A stretch of 64,000 bases of DNA from Flavobacterium sp. (GTDB taxonomy: Bacteria > Bacteroidota > Bacteroidia > Flavobacteriales > Flavobacteriaceae), in NCBI GenBank assembly GCA_042091515.1, contig JBELHH010000002.1:62450-126449 (forward strand). The letters run 5' to 3'. The position numbers and the translations under genes are program-made. Positions 1 to 10,656 of this stretch are shown one piece after another; position 1 is the first letter of the stretch, and every line of letters begins with the position of its first letter. A model generated the notes under the pieces. That model was not told the origin of the DNA. It searched no databases and saw only the letters and a program-made list of their open reading frames with translations.

Positions 1-876
1 CGTTTGAATAAAATCATTGATTTCACCAATCTCATCGAGTGTTACTTCATTAGCTCCTGAAACAATTAATAATAATACATTCTTTGCTCCAGTAATTTTA
101 TTATCATTTAATAATGGTGAATCCAAGGCCTTAATAATTGCGTTTTTAGCTCTAGTTGATCCCTCTTCTTTTGCAGAGCCCATAATGGCTGTACCACTAT
201 TAGAAAGAACTGTTTTAGCATCATGTAAATCAATATTTTGTTTATAATGATGGGTAATTACCTCTGCAATCCCTCTTGCTGCTGTTGATAAGACCTCATC
301 TGCTTTGGAGAAACCTGCTTTAAAACCTAAGTTACCATATACTTCTCTTAATTTATTATTATTAATAACAATTAATGAATCTACATTACCCCGTAATTGA
401 TCGATCCCTGCTTGAGCTTGTTTTGAGCGCATTCTTCCTTCAAAAAGAAATGGCATAGTAACAATTCCAACAGTTAGAATATCCATATCTTTAGCTATTT
501 TAGCAATGATCGGAGCAGCACCAGTTCCTGTTCCACCACCCATTCCAGCTGTAATAAATACCATTTTTGTTTGGGCATTTAACATTTGTTGAATTTCCTT
601 AATACTCTCTTTTGCTGCTTGCTCGCCTACTTCGGGATTTGCCCCAGCTCCAAGACCAGAGGTTAAATCTGCTCCTAATTGAATTTTATTAGGAATCGGA
701 CTATTTTCTAATGCTTGAGCATCTGTATTACAGATGACAAAATCTACTCCTTTGATGTGCTGCTGAAACATGTGGTTTACAGCATTGCTTCCTCCACCAC
801 CAACTCCAATTACTTTGATCGTATTGGATTGTGATTTTGGCATATCAAATAAAATGTTATCGAATTCTGTACTCAT
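1..876 (-). CDS. ftsZ: Cell division GTPase FtsZ (partial; C-terminus lies outside the window)
   Basis: Absent from the ORF track because it runs off the window edge. Reverse translation from the ATG at 876-874 gives MSTEFDNILFDMPKSQSNTIKVIGVGGGGSNAVNHM...FITAGMGGGTGTGAAP, which includes the tubulin signature GGGTGTG. The frame stays open to position 1, and the gene sits in the terminal position of the dcw cluster. Confidence 0.95.
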   Translation of the reverse strand, partial: MSTEFDNILFDMPKSQSNTIKVIGVGGGGSNAVNHMFQQHIKGVDFVICNTDAQALENSPIPNKIQLGADLTSGLGAGANPEVGEQAAKESIKEIQQMLNAQTKMVFITAGMGGGTGTGAAPIIAKIAKDMDILTVGIVTMPFLFEGRMRSKQAQAGIDQLRGNVDSLIVINNNKLREVYGNLGFKAGFSKADEVLSTAARGIAEVITHHYKQNIDLHDAKTVLSNSGTAIMGSAKEEGSTRAKNAIIKALDSPLLNDNKITGAKNVLLLIVSGANEVTLDEIGEINDFIQT

Positions 877-916
877 AATAACTTTTCTATTTTTGTTTGT
901 TTATATTTATTTCTAA

Positions 917-2224
917 CTATTCAGCATTGTCTAAAAACTCTTTTAATCCATCTGTAAATTTTTCAAAAAATGATTTACTCTTTGGTTTTATCGAGGTTTG
1001 AGGTTCTTTTATTTCTTCTTCATTTTTTATTTCTACTAATTTTTCTTCAATATCTTCTTTACTAAAGTTTTCTAACCCTTCCATTAATAAACCAACCGCA
1101 GTCGCATAGGATGGACTAGACAGTCCTTCTTCTGAATCTCCTGCTAAATGTTCATTAGGATATCCAATTCTAGCATCCATTCCTGTGATATACTCTACAA
1201 GTTGTCTTAGATGCTTTAGCTGTGATCCTCCTCCTGTTAAAACAATCCCTGCAATGAGTTTCCCTTTTTGTGTTTCATGTCCATAATTTTTAATTTCTAA
1301 ATATACATGTTCAATAATTTCCTGCACTCTTGCATGAATAATTTTTGAAAGGTTTTTAAGAGTAATTTCTTTGGGCTCTCTGCCTCTTAAACCAGGAATA
1401 GAGACAATTTCAGTTTCTTTATTTTCTCCAGGCCATGCAGATCCAAACTTTATTTTTAATAACTCGGCTTGTTTTTCTATAATAGAACAACCTTCTTTGA
1501 TATCTTCTGTAATAACATTTCCACCAAAAGGAATTACTGCAGTGTGACGAATAATTCCATCTTTAAAAATTGCTAAATCAGTTGTACCTCCTCCAATATC
1601 AATTAGAGCAACACCCGCTTCTTTTTCCTCCTGACTAAGGACTGCCGAAGCAGAGGCTAATGGCTCTAAGGTAATATCTGATAAATCCAATCCTGCACTT
1701 TTAACACATCGTCCTATATTTCTAATCGATGACACTTGCCCAACAACAACATGAAAATTTGCTTCCAGCCTTCCTCCGTACATCCCAATTGGTTCTTTTA
1801 TATCAGCTTGACTATCAACTTTAAATTCTTGAGGTAAAACATGAATAATTTCCTCACCAGGCAACATCACTAACTTATGCACTTGATTAACAAGATTTTC
1901 TATATCATTTTCATCAATTACTTCATCTGCATTTGCTCTTGTTATATAGTCACTATGATGCAAACTTCTAATATGTTGTCCAGCTATGCCAACAACTACA
2001 TTTTCAATTTTTTGACCAGACACACTTTCAGATTCTTCAACAGCTTGCTGTATGGATTGTATTGTCTGAGTAATATTACTCACAACGCCTCTTTTTACAC
2101 CTAAACTTTTAGCTTTACCAATGCCTAAAACTTCTAATTTTCCATATTCGTTTTTTTGCCCAATCATAGCTACAATTTTTGTTGTACCTATATCTAAACC
2201 AACGGCTATTTTATTATTTTCCAT
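917..2224 (-). CDS. ftsA: Cell division protein FtsA (actin-like ATPase)
   Basis: Phosphate-binding motifs GLDIGTTKIV and DIGGGTTDLAIF are present. The gene lies between ftsQ and ftsZ. Confidence 0.95.
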   Translation of the reverse strand: MENNKIAVGLDIGTTKIVAMIGQKNEYGKLEVLGIGKAKSLGVKRGVVSNITQTIQSIQQAVEESESVSGQKIENVVVGIAGQHIRSLHHSDYITRANADEVIDENDIENLVNQVHKLVMLPGEEIIHVLPQEFKVDSQADIKEPIGMYGGRLEANFHVVVGQVSSIRNIGRCVKSAGLDLSDITLEPLASASAVLSQEEKEAGVALIDIGGGTTDLAIFKDGIIRHTAVIPFGGNVITEDIKEGCSIIEKQAELLKIKFGSAWPGENKETEIVSIPGLRGREPKEITLKNLSKIIHARVQEIIEHVYLEIKNYGHETQKGKLIAGIVLTGGGSQLKHLRQLVEYITGMDARIGYPNEHLAGDSEEGLSSPSYATAVGLLMEGLENFSKEDIEEKLVEIKNEEEIKEPQTSIKPKSKSFFEKFTDGLKEFLDNAE

Positions 2225-2229
2225 TTCTA

Positions 2230-2952
2230 TTATTTTACGCCAACAACTTGATTGTGATACTTAATGTTTATGGTTTTGTATTTATTAATTGTACTATCTA
2301 AAAACACTTTGGAATAAAATGCTTTTAATTTTTTAATTTTATGATCTATCATATTTAATTCTCCAAATTCTATTTTATAACTACCACTTCTGACTGTCAT
2401 CATATATTCTTTTGTGGTTTGAAAATGAATTCCGGTTATTTCTTTACGTAAAAAATCATCATTAACTATTTCTTTCAATAGCTTAACAACATTCTTTAAA
2501 TTATTTTCATTTTCAATGCCAGTAATTATAGGAACTCGAGCTGAATAATTTTCAGATAGAGGAACTTTTATTGCGTTTAAATCAATATAGTAAGATGAAT
2601 TACTAGTGATTACCCTTGCAATAGGCTGTCTTTGTTTGACAACGGCTTTAAGTCTGTCATCTATAGTTATAAAAAGAGAAACTTTTTCTATATATGGATG
2701 TTCTGAAAGCTTTTCTTCTAACATGTATAAATTTATTACAGATTTTGCTTGTTTTTGAACTTCTTCATTGTTTTGTATTAACAATTTATTAACTATTGAC
2801 TTTGTTAAAAAATAAGGCTCATTTGAACTAAAATTAATCTCTATTTCTTTTACCAATTTATTAGCATTTTTACGATTAGTAAAACTATATAAAAACGCCA
2901 TTGAAGCTAGTAAAACAAGGAGTAAAACATATTTTATAATTCTTTTTAACAT
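2230..2952 (-). CDS. ftsQ: Cell division protein FtsQ (single TM segment plus POTRA-type domain)
   Basis: N-terminal TM segment IIKYVLLLVLLASMAFLY. The size and the position between murC and ftsA fit FtsQ. It overlaps murC by 7 nt. Confidence 0.8.
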   Translation of the reverse strand: MLKRIIKYVLLLVLLASMAFLYSFTNRKNANKLVKEIEINFSSNEPYFLTKSIVNKLLIQNNEEVQKQAKSVINLYMLEEKLSEHPYIEKVSLFITIDDRLKAVVKQRQPIARVITSNSSYYIDLNAIKVPLSENYSARVPIITGIENENNLKNVVKLLKEIVNDDFLRKEITGIHFQTTKEYMMTVRSGSYKIEFGELNMIDHKIKKLKAFYSKVFLDSTINKYKTINIKYHNQVVGVK

Positions 2953-4298
2953 CCTGTTTTTGTTTCAGATAATAACTCTTTTTTTACCTTCTCAGTCATC
3001 ATTCCAATGTCTCCTGCACCTAACATTACAACAATTGTTGCTTCAGAATTTTTAATATCTTTTATTAAATTCTGTTTATATGTAATTTTTTTATTCTTGT
3101 TACCTATCTTTTGCAAAAGCCACAAAGACGAAACACCATCGATTGGTAATTCTCTTGCTGGATAAATATCCAACAAAAATATTTCATCAAACTTTGATAA
3201 AACAATTGCAAAATCCTCTATAAAATCTCTCGTTCTTGAAAATAAATGAGGCTGAAAAAAAACAGCATTTTTTTTATTCGGATACATCTCTTTAATGGAC
3301 TCATAAACTGCATTAATTTCTGTAGGATGATGAGCATAATCATCAATTAACGTTAATTTTTCTGATTTTATTTTATAAGAGAAACGTCTTTTTACCCCTT
3401 TAAATGTCTCTAATGATTTTTTAATGTTTTCTAGTGGAATTCCGTAAGAATCTGCCATCGCTAGTGCCGCTAAGGCATTCATCATATTATGCTTCCCCGG
3501 GATTGAAAATTGTATTTCGTTAATAAAATCTTTGGGAGTTTTTACATCAAAAATATAGGTTCCATTGAGAATTGTAAAATTGGTAATTTGGTAATCTGCT
3601 GTTTCATTTATTGCATAGGTTAAACCAAGTAATTTAGTCCCTTTGGCAACAATCAAAATATCTGAAACTTTATGACTAAATTCCTTGAAAGAATTCTCTA
3701 AAACCGAATGATCTCCGTAACTATCTAAATGATCTGCATCTATCGAAGTTATACAAGCTATGTTCGGAGATAATTGCAAGAATGATTTATCATATTCATC
3801 AGCTTCAACTACAGATATTTCACCTGTACCTAAGATTAAATTAGTATGATAATTTTCTGAGATACCTCCCAGGAAGCTGGTCGCATTATACGGTTTCATG
3901 ATATGCCCTAAAATAGCGGATGTTGTTGTTTTACCATGTGTTCCAGCAACTGCAAAACAAAATGTGTTTTTAGTAATGATTCCTAAAACTTCTGCTCTTT
4001 TCAAGACGTTAAATTTATGATGCCTAAAGAATTCTAATACTGTATTTTTTTTAGGAATAGCAGGGGTGAAAATCACTAAAGTATTCGTACTGTCTTTATA
4101 CATTTCAGGAATTAACTTTACAGAATCATTATAATAAATTTCTATCCCAAGTTTTTCTAGATCATTTGTAATAACGCTAGGTGTTTTGTCATAACCTCCA
4201 ACTTGCTTTCCTTCTTTAAAAAAATACCTAGCCAAAGCACTCATCCCCGCACCTCCGATTCCAATCAAATAAACAGTATGTATTTCTTTTAAATTCAC
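2946..4298 (-). CDS. murC: UDP-N-acetylmuramate--L-alanine ligase
   Basis: Motifs GIGGAGMSALA and the P-loop AGTHGKTTTSA are present. The start codon is GTG. Confidence 0.95.
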   Translation of the reverse strand: MNLKEIHTVYLIGIGGAGMSALARYFFKEGKQVGGYDKTPSVITNDLEKLGIEIYYNDSVKLIPEMYKDSTNTLVIFTPAIPKKNTVLEFFRHHKFNVLKRAEVLGIITKNTFCFAVAGTHGKTTTSAILGHIMKPYNATSFLGGISENYHTNLILGTGEISVVEADEYDKSFLQLSPNIACITSIDADHLDSYGDHSVLENSFKEFSHKVSDILIVAKGTKLLGLTYAINETADYQITNFTILNGTYIFDVKTPKDFINEIQFSIPGKHNMMNALAALAMADSYGIPLENIKKSLETFKGVKRRFSYKIKSEKLTLIDDYAHHPTEINAVYESIKEMYPNKKNAVFFQPHLFSRTRDFIEDFAIVLSKFDEIFLLDIYPARELPIDGVSSLWLLQKIGNKNKKITYKQNLIKDIKNSEATIVVMLGAGDIGMMTEKVKKELLSETKTGC

Positions 4299-4301
4299 TT
4301 T

Positions 4302-5396
4302 TTATATTAACTTTTCTATTTGATTTACTATTTGATTTGTGGCATTTGGCAGTGCCAATTCTTTAATGTTTTGACGTAAACTTTCTTGTTTCCCTTCATC
4401 TTTCAACAGTGTTTCAAAGACTATTGAAAATGTATCTAGTTCATGTTCGCTTAAAAGAATAGCTCCATGTTTATCTGCAATAGATTTTGCATTTTTTGTT
4501 TGGTGATCTTCAGCAACATTTGGTGATGGAATAAAAACAGTTGGCTTTCCAACAATGCATAACTCAGATACTGAGCTTGCTCCTGCTCTTGAAATGATAA
4601 TATCTGCTGCTGCATATGCTAGATCCATAGAATTAATAAATGAATGGACATGGATGTTTTTTTTAGCATTATATGATTTGAATTCATCATAATATAATTT
4701 ACCACATTGCCATAGAACTTGAACTTTTTGCTCCTTAAAAAATTGAATATTATTGGCTATTAGTTCATTTATTTTTCTTGCTCCTAAACTTCCTCCCAAC
4801 ACTAAAATTGTTTTCTTTTTCTTCTTTAGATCAAACAAATCATTTGCTTCTTTAACTTTTTCTTTTTTATGAATTGATAATAAACTAGCCCTAACTGGGT
4901 TGCCAGTTTTTATAATTTTATGCTTCGGAAAAAATCGTTCTAAACCATCATAAGCAACACAAATTGAAGAAGCTTTTCTACTTAAAAACTTATTTGTAAT
5001 TCCCGGATAAGAGTTTTGTTCTTGAATCAATGTCGGTATTTTCTTGTTATTTGCCATAATTAATGTTGGTCCACTTGCAAATCCACCCGTACCTATAACA
5101 ACATCTGGCTTAAATTGTTTAATAATTCTTCCTGCTTTAATCAAACTATGAATCAATTTAAAAGGAAGCAAAAGATTATTAAGACTTAGTTTTCTCTGAA
5201 TTCCAGCAATCCATAATCCTTTAATTAAGTATCCTGCTTGAGGAACTTTTTCCATTTCCATTTTATCTTGAGCTCCAACAAATAAAAACTCAGCTTCAGG
5301 ATACCTAACCATTAATTCATTGGCAATTGCAATGGCAGGATATATATGCCCACCTGTACCACCTCCACTAATTAATATGTTAATCGATTGCTTCAT
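4302..5396 (-). CDS. murG: Undecaprenyldiphospho-muramoylpentapeptide beta-N-acetylglucosaminyltransferase
   Basis: N-terminal [11 protein letters not shown] motif, ~364 aa, dcw context. Confidence 0.95.
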   Translation of the reverse strand: MKQSINILISGGGTGGHIYPAIAIANELMVRYPEAEFLFVGAQDKMEMEKVPQAGYLIKGLWIAGIQRKLSLNNLLLPFKLIHSLIKAGRIIKQFKPDVVIGTGGFASGPTLIMANNKKIPTLIQEQNSYPGITNKFLSRKASSICVAYDGLERFFPKHKIIKTGNPVRASLLSIHKKEKVKEANDLFDLKKKKKTILVLGGSLGARKINELIANNIQFFKEQKVQVLWQCGKLYYDEFKSYNAKKNIHVHSFINSMDLAYAAADIIISRAGASSVSELCIVGKPTVFIPSPNVAEDHQTKNAKSIADKHGAILLSEHELDTFSIVFETLLKDEGKQESLRQNIKELALPNATNQIVNQIEKLI

Positions 5397-6585
5397 GTAA
5401 AATATCTAATGGGTTATCATCTAAAATTGTTTCTTCTGTTTCTTTAAAACCAGAACTTACACTCAATATCATTCCTAATGCAAAACATGTCATCCAAATA
5501 GAAGTACCTCCACTGCTTATAAGAGGTAATGTCTGACCTGTTACTGGAAATAAGTTTGTAGCTACCGCCATATTTATACCTGCCTGGAATATAATGGGTA
5601 ATCCAACTCCTATGACCAATAAGGTTCCGAATATTGTTGTCGCCTTTTTAACGGTAACGAAAATTCTAAACAACAGAAGGAAATAAACTAGTACTATTAA
5701 GATAGCTCCTACCAATCCGTATTCTTCTACAATAATGGCATAAATAAAATCTGAAGATGATTGAGGTAGAAAATTTTTCTGAATACTTTTACCAGGACCT
5801 TTACCAAGAGTACCCCCAGTAGCAATTGCTATTTTTGCTTTTTCTACCTGATAATTCTCCTTACCATTTTGATTTGAAAAATTTTCGATTCTATTTCCCC
5901 ATGTATTTACTCTATTAGGCATTGCTTCTGGAAATGCTTTAGCAACTAGAATAAACATTGATAAAACTAAAATACCAATCCCTAAAATATATCCTATATA
6001 TTTTATTGGATAACCTCCTATAAAAGTTAAAATTAAAATCATCGAAAAAATGATGGCTGTTGTAGAAAAATTTGCTGGCAGTATTAAGATTAAGATTAAG
6101 GCAACTGGTAACCACAGTTGAAGTAAACTCTCTTTAAATTGTATTTTTATCCCCTTACTTTTAGCTAAATATCTTGCCGTGTAAACCATCAAAACTAATC
6201 CAGCCAGTGTTGATGTTTGAAAACCAACTCCAATAAATGGTATTCGGATCCAACGACTAGCATTAGCTCCACCAATTGTTGTCCCTTGAGCAAGTGTATA
6301 AATTAACAAGAAGAAAACCACTGGCAACATTAAAACAGAACCTCCACTAAAATATCTGTAAGGAATTTTATGAACTGCATATATAATTGCAAATCCCATA
6401 ATTAATAAGACTACATGTTTTACTAAATAGCCAATTGTAGAACCTCCAACAACACTCACCAAGTTAGCACTTGCACTATATACCGGCATAAAAGAGAATA
6501 AGGCCAAAACAGCCACCAAAGCCCAAATGCTTTTATCTCCCTTGATATGCTGAAAAATTCCTTTCACTTTATTATTTTTTGACAA
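5380..6585 (-). CDS. ftsW: SEDS-family peptidoglycan polymerase FtsW
   Basis: Polytopic membrane protein of the FtsW/RodA type, located between murD and murG. TTG start; overlaps murG by 17 nt. Confidence 0.9.
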   Translation of the reverse strand: MSKNNKVKGIFQHIKGDKSIWALVAVLALFSFMPVYSASANLVSVVGGSTIGYLVKHVVLLIMGFAIIYAVHKIPYRYFSGGSVLMLPVVFFLLIYTLAQGTTIGGANASRWIRIPFIGVGFQTSTLAGLVLMVYTARYLAKSKGIKIQFKESLLQLWLPVALILILILPANFSTTAIIFSMILILTFIGGYPIKYIGYILGIGILVLSMFILVAKAFPEAMPNRVNTWGNRIENFSNQNGKENYQVEKAKIAIATGGTLGKGPGKSIQKNFLPQSSSDFIYAIIVEEYGLVGAILIVLVYFLLLFRIFVTVKKATTIFGTLLVIGVGLPIIFQAGINMAVATNLFPVTGQTLPLISSGGTSIWMTCFALGMILSVSSGFKETEETILDDNPLDILHEAID

Positions 6586-6589
6586 AAAA

Positions 6590-7927
6590 TTATACTAAAC
6601 TTCTTACAGCATTTTTAAATTGACGACCTCTGTCTTGATAATTTTCAAATAAATCGAAACTTGCACAGGCAGGAGACAACAAAACAGCACCTCCTTTTTG
6701 CGACAATTTATAAGCAACTTTAACCGCTTCTTCTGCTCCAGCTGTTTCAATCATTAAATCAACCACATTATAAAAGACGGATTTTAGTTTTTCATTGTCT
6801 TCACCCAAACATACAATAGCTGTTACTTTTTCTCTTACTAAAGGCAATAAATCCTCATAATCATTTCCTTTATCTATCCCTCCAACAATCCAAACAGTTG
6901 GTCTCTCCATGCATTCCAAGGCATAAAATGTAGCATTTATATTGGTTGCTTTAGAATCGTTTATAAAGTGAACACCGTTAACTTTTTGCACACTTTCTAA
7001 TCGATGCTCAGCTCCTTCAAAGTTGGTTAAGCTTTCCTTAATAGCGTGGTTTCTCACATTTAATAATTGTGCTGTCAGGGCACCAGCCATTGTGTTTTTC
7101 ACATTATGCTTTCCTTGTATTTTTAACTTAGATATACTCATCTTTAATTCTTCTTTATTTAATTTTGTTATTATTGTATCGTTTTTTAAATATGCCCCAT
7201 AACTCAGTTCTTTTTCAATAGAAAATGGAATTAACCTGGCTGTTAATTGATGTTCTTTTAACCATGCTTCAATTACCTTATCATCAGCATCATAAATTAA
7301 AAAATCATCAGCTTTTTGATTTTTTGTAATTCTAAATTTTGAAGCTACATATTGATTAAAGTCATCCTCGTATCGATCTAAATGATCTGGGGTAATATTA
7401 GTAATTATTGCTATGTGGGGACTAAAAGAACAAATTCCATCTAACTGAAAACTACTTAGTTCTAATACATAATTCTGGAAGGTTTCTTCGGTAACTTGTT
7501 TTGCAAAACTAGTTCCTATATTTCCTGCAATTCCACTGTTTATTTTTGCTGATCTTAATAAGTGTTGCACGATTAATGCTGTTGTTGTTTTGCCGTTAGA
7601 TCCTGTAATCCCAATGATGGTTGCCTCTGTATATCTCGATGCAAACTCAATTTCAGAAATTACTAAAACTTCTTTTTTAATGAGTTTTTGAACAATTGAA
7701 ACACTTTCTGGAATCCCAGGACTTTTCATAACCAAATCAGCATTTAGAATCAATGATTCTGAATGTTGCTCTTCTTCAAAATTTATTTCATGATGTAAAA
7801 GAACTTTTTTATATTTTTTTTTAATACTTCCTCTGTCAGAAACAAAAACTTCGTAGCCTTTTTGTTTTCCTAAAAGAGCAGTTCCAACACCACTTTCACC
7901 GCCTCCAAGTATTACTAATCTTTTCAT
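6590..7927 (-). CDS. murD: UDP-N-acetylmuramoylalanine--D-glutamate ligase
   Basis: Motifs GGGESGVG and GITGSNGKTTT; dcw context. Confidence 0.95.
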   Translation of the reverse strand: MKRLVILGGGESGVGTALLGKQKGYEVFVSDRGSIKKKYKKVLLHHEINFEEEQHSESLILNADLVMKSPGIPESVSIVQKLIKKEVLVISEIEFASRYTEATIIGITGSNGKTTTALIVQHLLRSAKINSGIAGNIGTSFAKQVTEETFQNYVLELSSFQLDGICSFSPHIAIITNITPDHLDRYEDDFNQYVASKFRITKNQKADDFLIYDADDKVIEAWLKEHQLTARLIPFSIEKELSYGAYLKNDTIITKLNKEELKMSISKLKIQGKHNVKNTMAGALTAQLLNVRNHAIKESLTNFEGAEHRLESVQKVNGVHFINDSKATNINATFYALECMERPTVWIVGGIDKGNDYEDLLPLVREKVTAIVCLGEDNEKLKSVFYNVVDLMIETAGAEEAVKVAYKLSQKGGAVLLSPACASFDLFENYQDRGRQFKNAVRSLV

Positions 7928-7964
7928 TATTTACAGATTCTTTATTTTTAAAGAATGACACATA

Positions 7965-9191
7965 CTACCTTAATTTTAAAGTTACTATCGTAAATACCGC
8001 CAAAAGAATTCCTATAATCCAAAATCGAACAACTATCTTACTCTCATGATAGCCAGATTTTTGATAGTGATGATGTAATGGAGACATTTTAAAAACTCGT
8101 CTTCCTTCACCATATTTTTTTCTTGTATATTTAAAATAGGAAACTTGTATGATGACTGATAAATTTTCGATTACAAACACTCCAGCTAAGATTGGTAGTA
8201 ATAACTCTTTACGAATTGAAATGGCGATTACCGCTATAATCCCACCAATAGTTAAACTACCTGTATCTCCCATAAATACTTGAGCTGGATACGTATTATA
8301 CCATAAAAACCCTATTAATGCGCCTGCAAAAGCCAGTATATAAACAGTCATTTCTCCCGAATTTGGAATGTACATTACATCTAAATAATCTGAGAAAATA
8401 ATATTTCCTGACACCCATGCAAAAAGTGCTAAAACGACGACAATAATTGCAGAAGATCCTGTAGCTAATCCGTCTATCCCGTCGGTAAGATTTGCTCCAT
8501 TAGAAACACCAGTAACAATAAAAATAGTTATAAAAATAAATACAATCCAACCATATTCTTCATATCCTTCACCCAGAAAACTCAACAAGTTAGAATAGTC
8601 TAATTCATTATTTTTAAAAAAAGGAATGGTTGTTTTTGTTGACTTATGTGCTTCTCCAAAAATTTTCTGCTTTCCGTTTTGTTGAATAATTTGCTGGTCA
8701 ATAGGTAATTGTTCTTTGATGGTAATATTGTCATTAAAATAAAGAATTGACCCTACAATTAATCCCAATCCAACTTGCCCTAAGACTTTAAACTTTCCTT
8801 TTAACCCATCCTTATCTTTTTTAAAGACTTTTATATAATCATCTAAAAAACCAATGAGGCCCATCCAAATGGTCGTTATTAAAAGAATAAGAATATAGAT
8901 ATTATCTAATTGGGTAAGTAATACTACTGGAACCAAGGTAGAAAAAATAATGATTAACCCTCCCATTGTTGGTGTTCCTGCTTTTTGAACTTGCCCTTCA
9001 AGACCTAAATCTCTGATGCTTTCACCTATCTGCTGTTTTCTTAAAAAATTAATGATTCTTTTACCATATATAGAAGACAATAATAAGGCTAGAATAAAAG
9101 CCATTGAAGCTCTAAACGTAATAAACTGAAATAATCCAGCACCTGGAAAATGAAATTGGGATTCTAAATATTCGAATAAATAATACAGCAT
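7965..9191 (-). CDS. mraY: Phospho-N-acetylmuramoyl-pentapeptide transferase
   Basis: Polytopic membrane protein with the [10 protein letters not shown] motif. Confidence 0.95.
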   Translation of the reverse strand: MLYYLFEYLESQFHFPGAGLFQFITFRASMAFILALLLSSIYGKRIINFLRKQQIGESIRDLGLEGQVQKAGTPTMGGLIIIFSTLVPVVLLTQLDNIYILILLITTIWMGLIGFLDDYIKVFKKDKDGLKGKFKVLGQVGLGLIVGSILYFNDNITIKEQLPIDQQIIQQNGKQKIFGEAHKSTKTTIPFFKNNELDYSNLLSFLGEGYEEYGWIVFIFITIFIVTGVSNGANLTDGIDGLATGSSAIIVVVLALFAWVSGNIIFSDYLDVMYIPNSGEMTVYILAFAGALIGFLWYNTYPAQVFMGDTGSLTIGGIIAVIAISIRKELLLPILAGVFVIENLSVIIQVSYFKYTRKKYGEGRRVFKMSPLHHHYQKSGYHESKIVVRFWIIGILLAVFTIVTLKLR

Positions 9192-9192
9192 A

Positions 9193-10656
9193 CTATTTTT
9201 TTAATAGATTAAAACATTTCTTTACTTCTACTAAATCATCAAAATGGAATCGTTCTCCATTAATTTCTTGATAGTTTTCATGACCTTTCCCAGCTATCAG
9301 TACAATATCATCTTTTCCAGATAGTTTACAAGCAGTTTTAATCGCTTGCTTTCTATCTGAAATAGTAAGTGTTTTTTTATAATTCTCCTCTAAAACTCCT
9401 GCCTCCATTTCTTCTAAAATAGTCATTGGGTTTTCTGTTCTTGGGTTATCTGAGGTGAAAATTACTTGAGAACTCAACTGAGAGGCTATCTTAGCCATGA
9501 TGGGTCTTTTTGTTGTATCTCTGTCACCTCCACACCCAACAACTGTTGTGATTTTTTGATTATCTATTCTGATATCATTAATAGTCTCTAAAACATTTTT
9601 TAATGCGTCTGGAGTATGAGCATAATCTACAATTGCTATCACACCGTCATCCGACATAATATATTCAAACCTTCCACTTACACTTTGTAACTCACTAACG
9701 ATTGTTAATAATTCTAATTCTTCTAAACCGAGTTCTTGGGCAGTTCCTATAATCGCCAAAAGATTATAGATATTAAAGGTGCCTATTAATTTAGTCCATA
9801 CATCATTTCCATTAATAGAAAGCAATGTCCCTGAAAAGCTTTTTTCTAAAATTTTGGCTTTATAGTCAGCTATTGTTTTTAAGGCATAGGTTCTTTTTTT
9901 TGCTTTTGTATTTTGTAGCATTACTTTTCCATTCTTATCATCGATATTGGTAAGAGCAAATGCTTTTTTTGATAAGGTGTCAAAAAATGATTTTTTTACA
10001 TTTCTATAGTCAGCAAATGAATCGTGATAATCTAGGTGATCATGAGAAAGGTTCGTATAAACCCCTCCTGTAAACTCCAGGCCTTCTGTTCTTTTTTGAT
10101 GAATTCCATGAGAACTTACTTCCATAAAACAATAAGTTACTCCATCAGCAACCATATTATGTAGATATTTATTAATAGTTACAGAATCTGGGGTAGTATG
10201 TGTAGCTTTGAATTCTTTAGTATCAACTAAAATTTTTACAGTAGAAAGTAATCCTGTTGAATACCCTGCTTTTTTAAAAAGCTCATAGAGAAGTGAGGCA
10301 ACTGTTGTCTTTCCATTGGTTCCTGTAACTCCTATTAAATGTATATTTCTTGATGGGTTGTCATAAAAATTTGAAGCTATAACTGCTAAGGCTCTATTAG
10401 AATCTGCTACATGAATATAGGTGGTGTTTTCATCCATTGATTCTGGTAATTCTTGACAAACAATTGAGGTTGCCCCGAGGCTTATTGCTTTATGAATAAA
10501 CAGATGACCATCTACAGATACACCTTTTTGAGCAACAAAAACTGCGCCTTGTTGGAGATCTCTAGAATCAAATGCTACTTGACTGACCCCCTTATTGATA
10601 TTGCCATAAACAGCAATAACAGAGACTTGGTTTAATATGTCTTTTAAATATTTCAA
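9193..10656 (-). CDS. murE: UDP-N-acetylmuramoyl-tripeptide synthetase (MurE)
   Basis: Motifs [10 protein letters not shown] and [13 protein letters not shown] start. Confidence 0.95.
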   Translation of the reverse strand: MKYLKDILNQVSVIAVYGNINKGVSQVAFDSRDLQQGAVFVAQKGVSVDGHLFIHKAISLGATSIVCQELPESMDENTTYIHVADSNRALAVIASNFYDNPSRNIHLIGVTGTNGKTTVASLLYELFKKAGYSTGLLSTVKILVDTKEFKATHTTPDSVTINKYLHNMVADGVTYCFMEVSSHGIHQKRTEGLEFTGGVYTNLSHDHLDYHDSFADYRNVKKSFFDTLSKKAFALTNIDDKNGKVMLQNTKAKKRTYALKTIADYKAKILEKSFSGTLLSINGNDVWTKLIGTFNIYNLLAIIGTAQELGLEELELLTIVSELQSVSGRFEYIMSDDGVIAIVDYAHTPDALKNVLETINDIRIDNQKITTVVGCGGDRDTTKRPIMAKIASQLSSQVIFTSDNPRTENPMTILEEMEAGVLEENYKKTLTISDRKQAIKTACKLSGKDDIVLIAGKGHENYQEINGERFHFDDLVEVKKCFNLLKK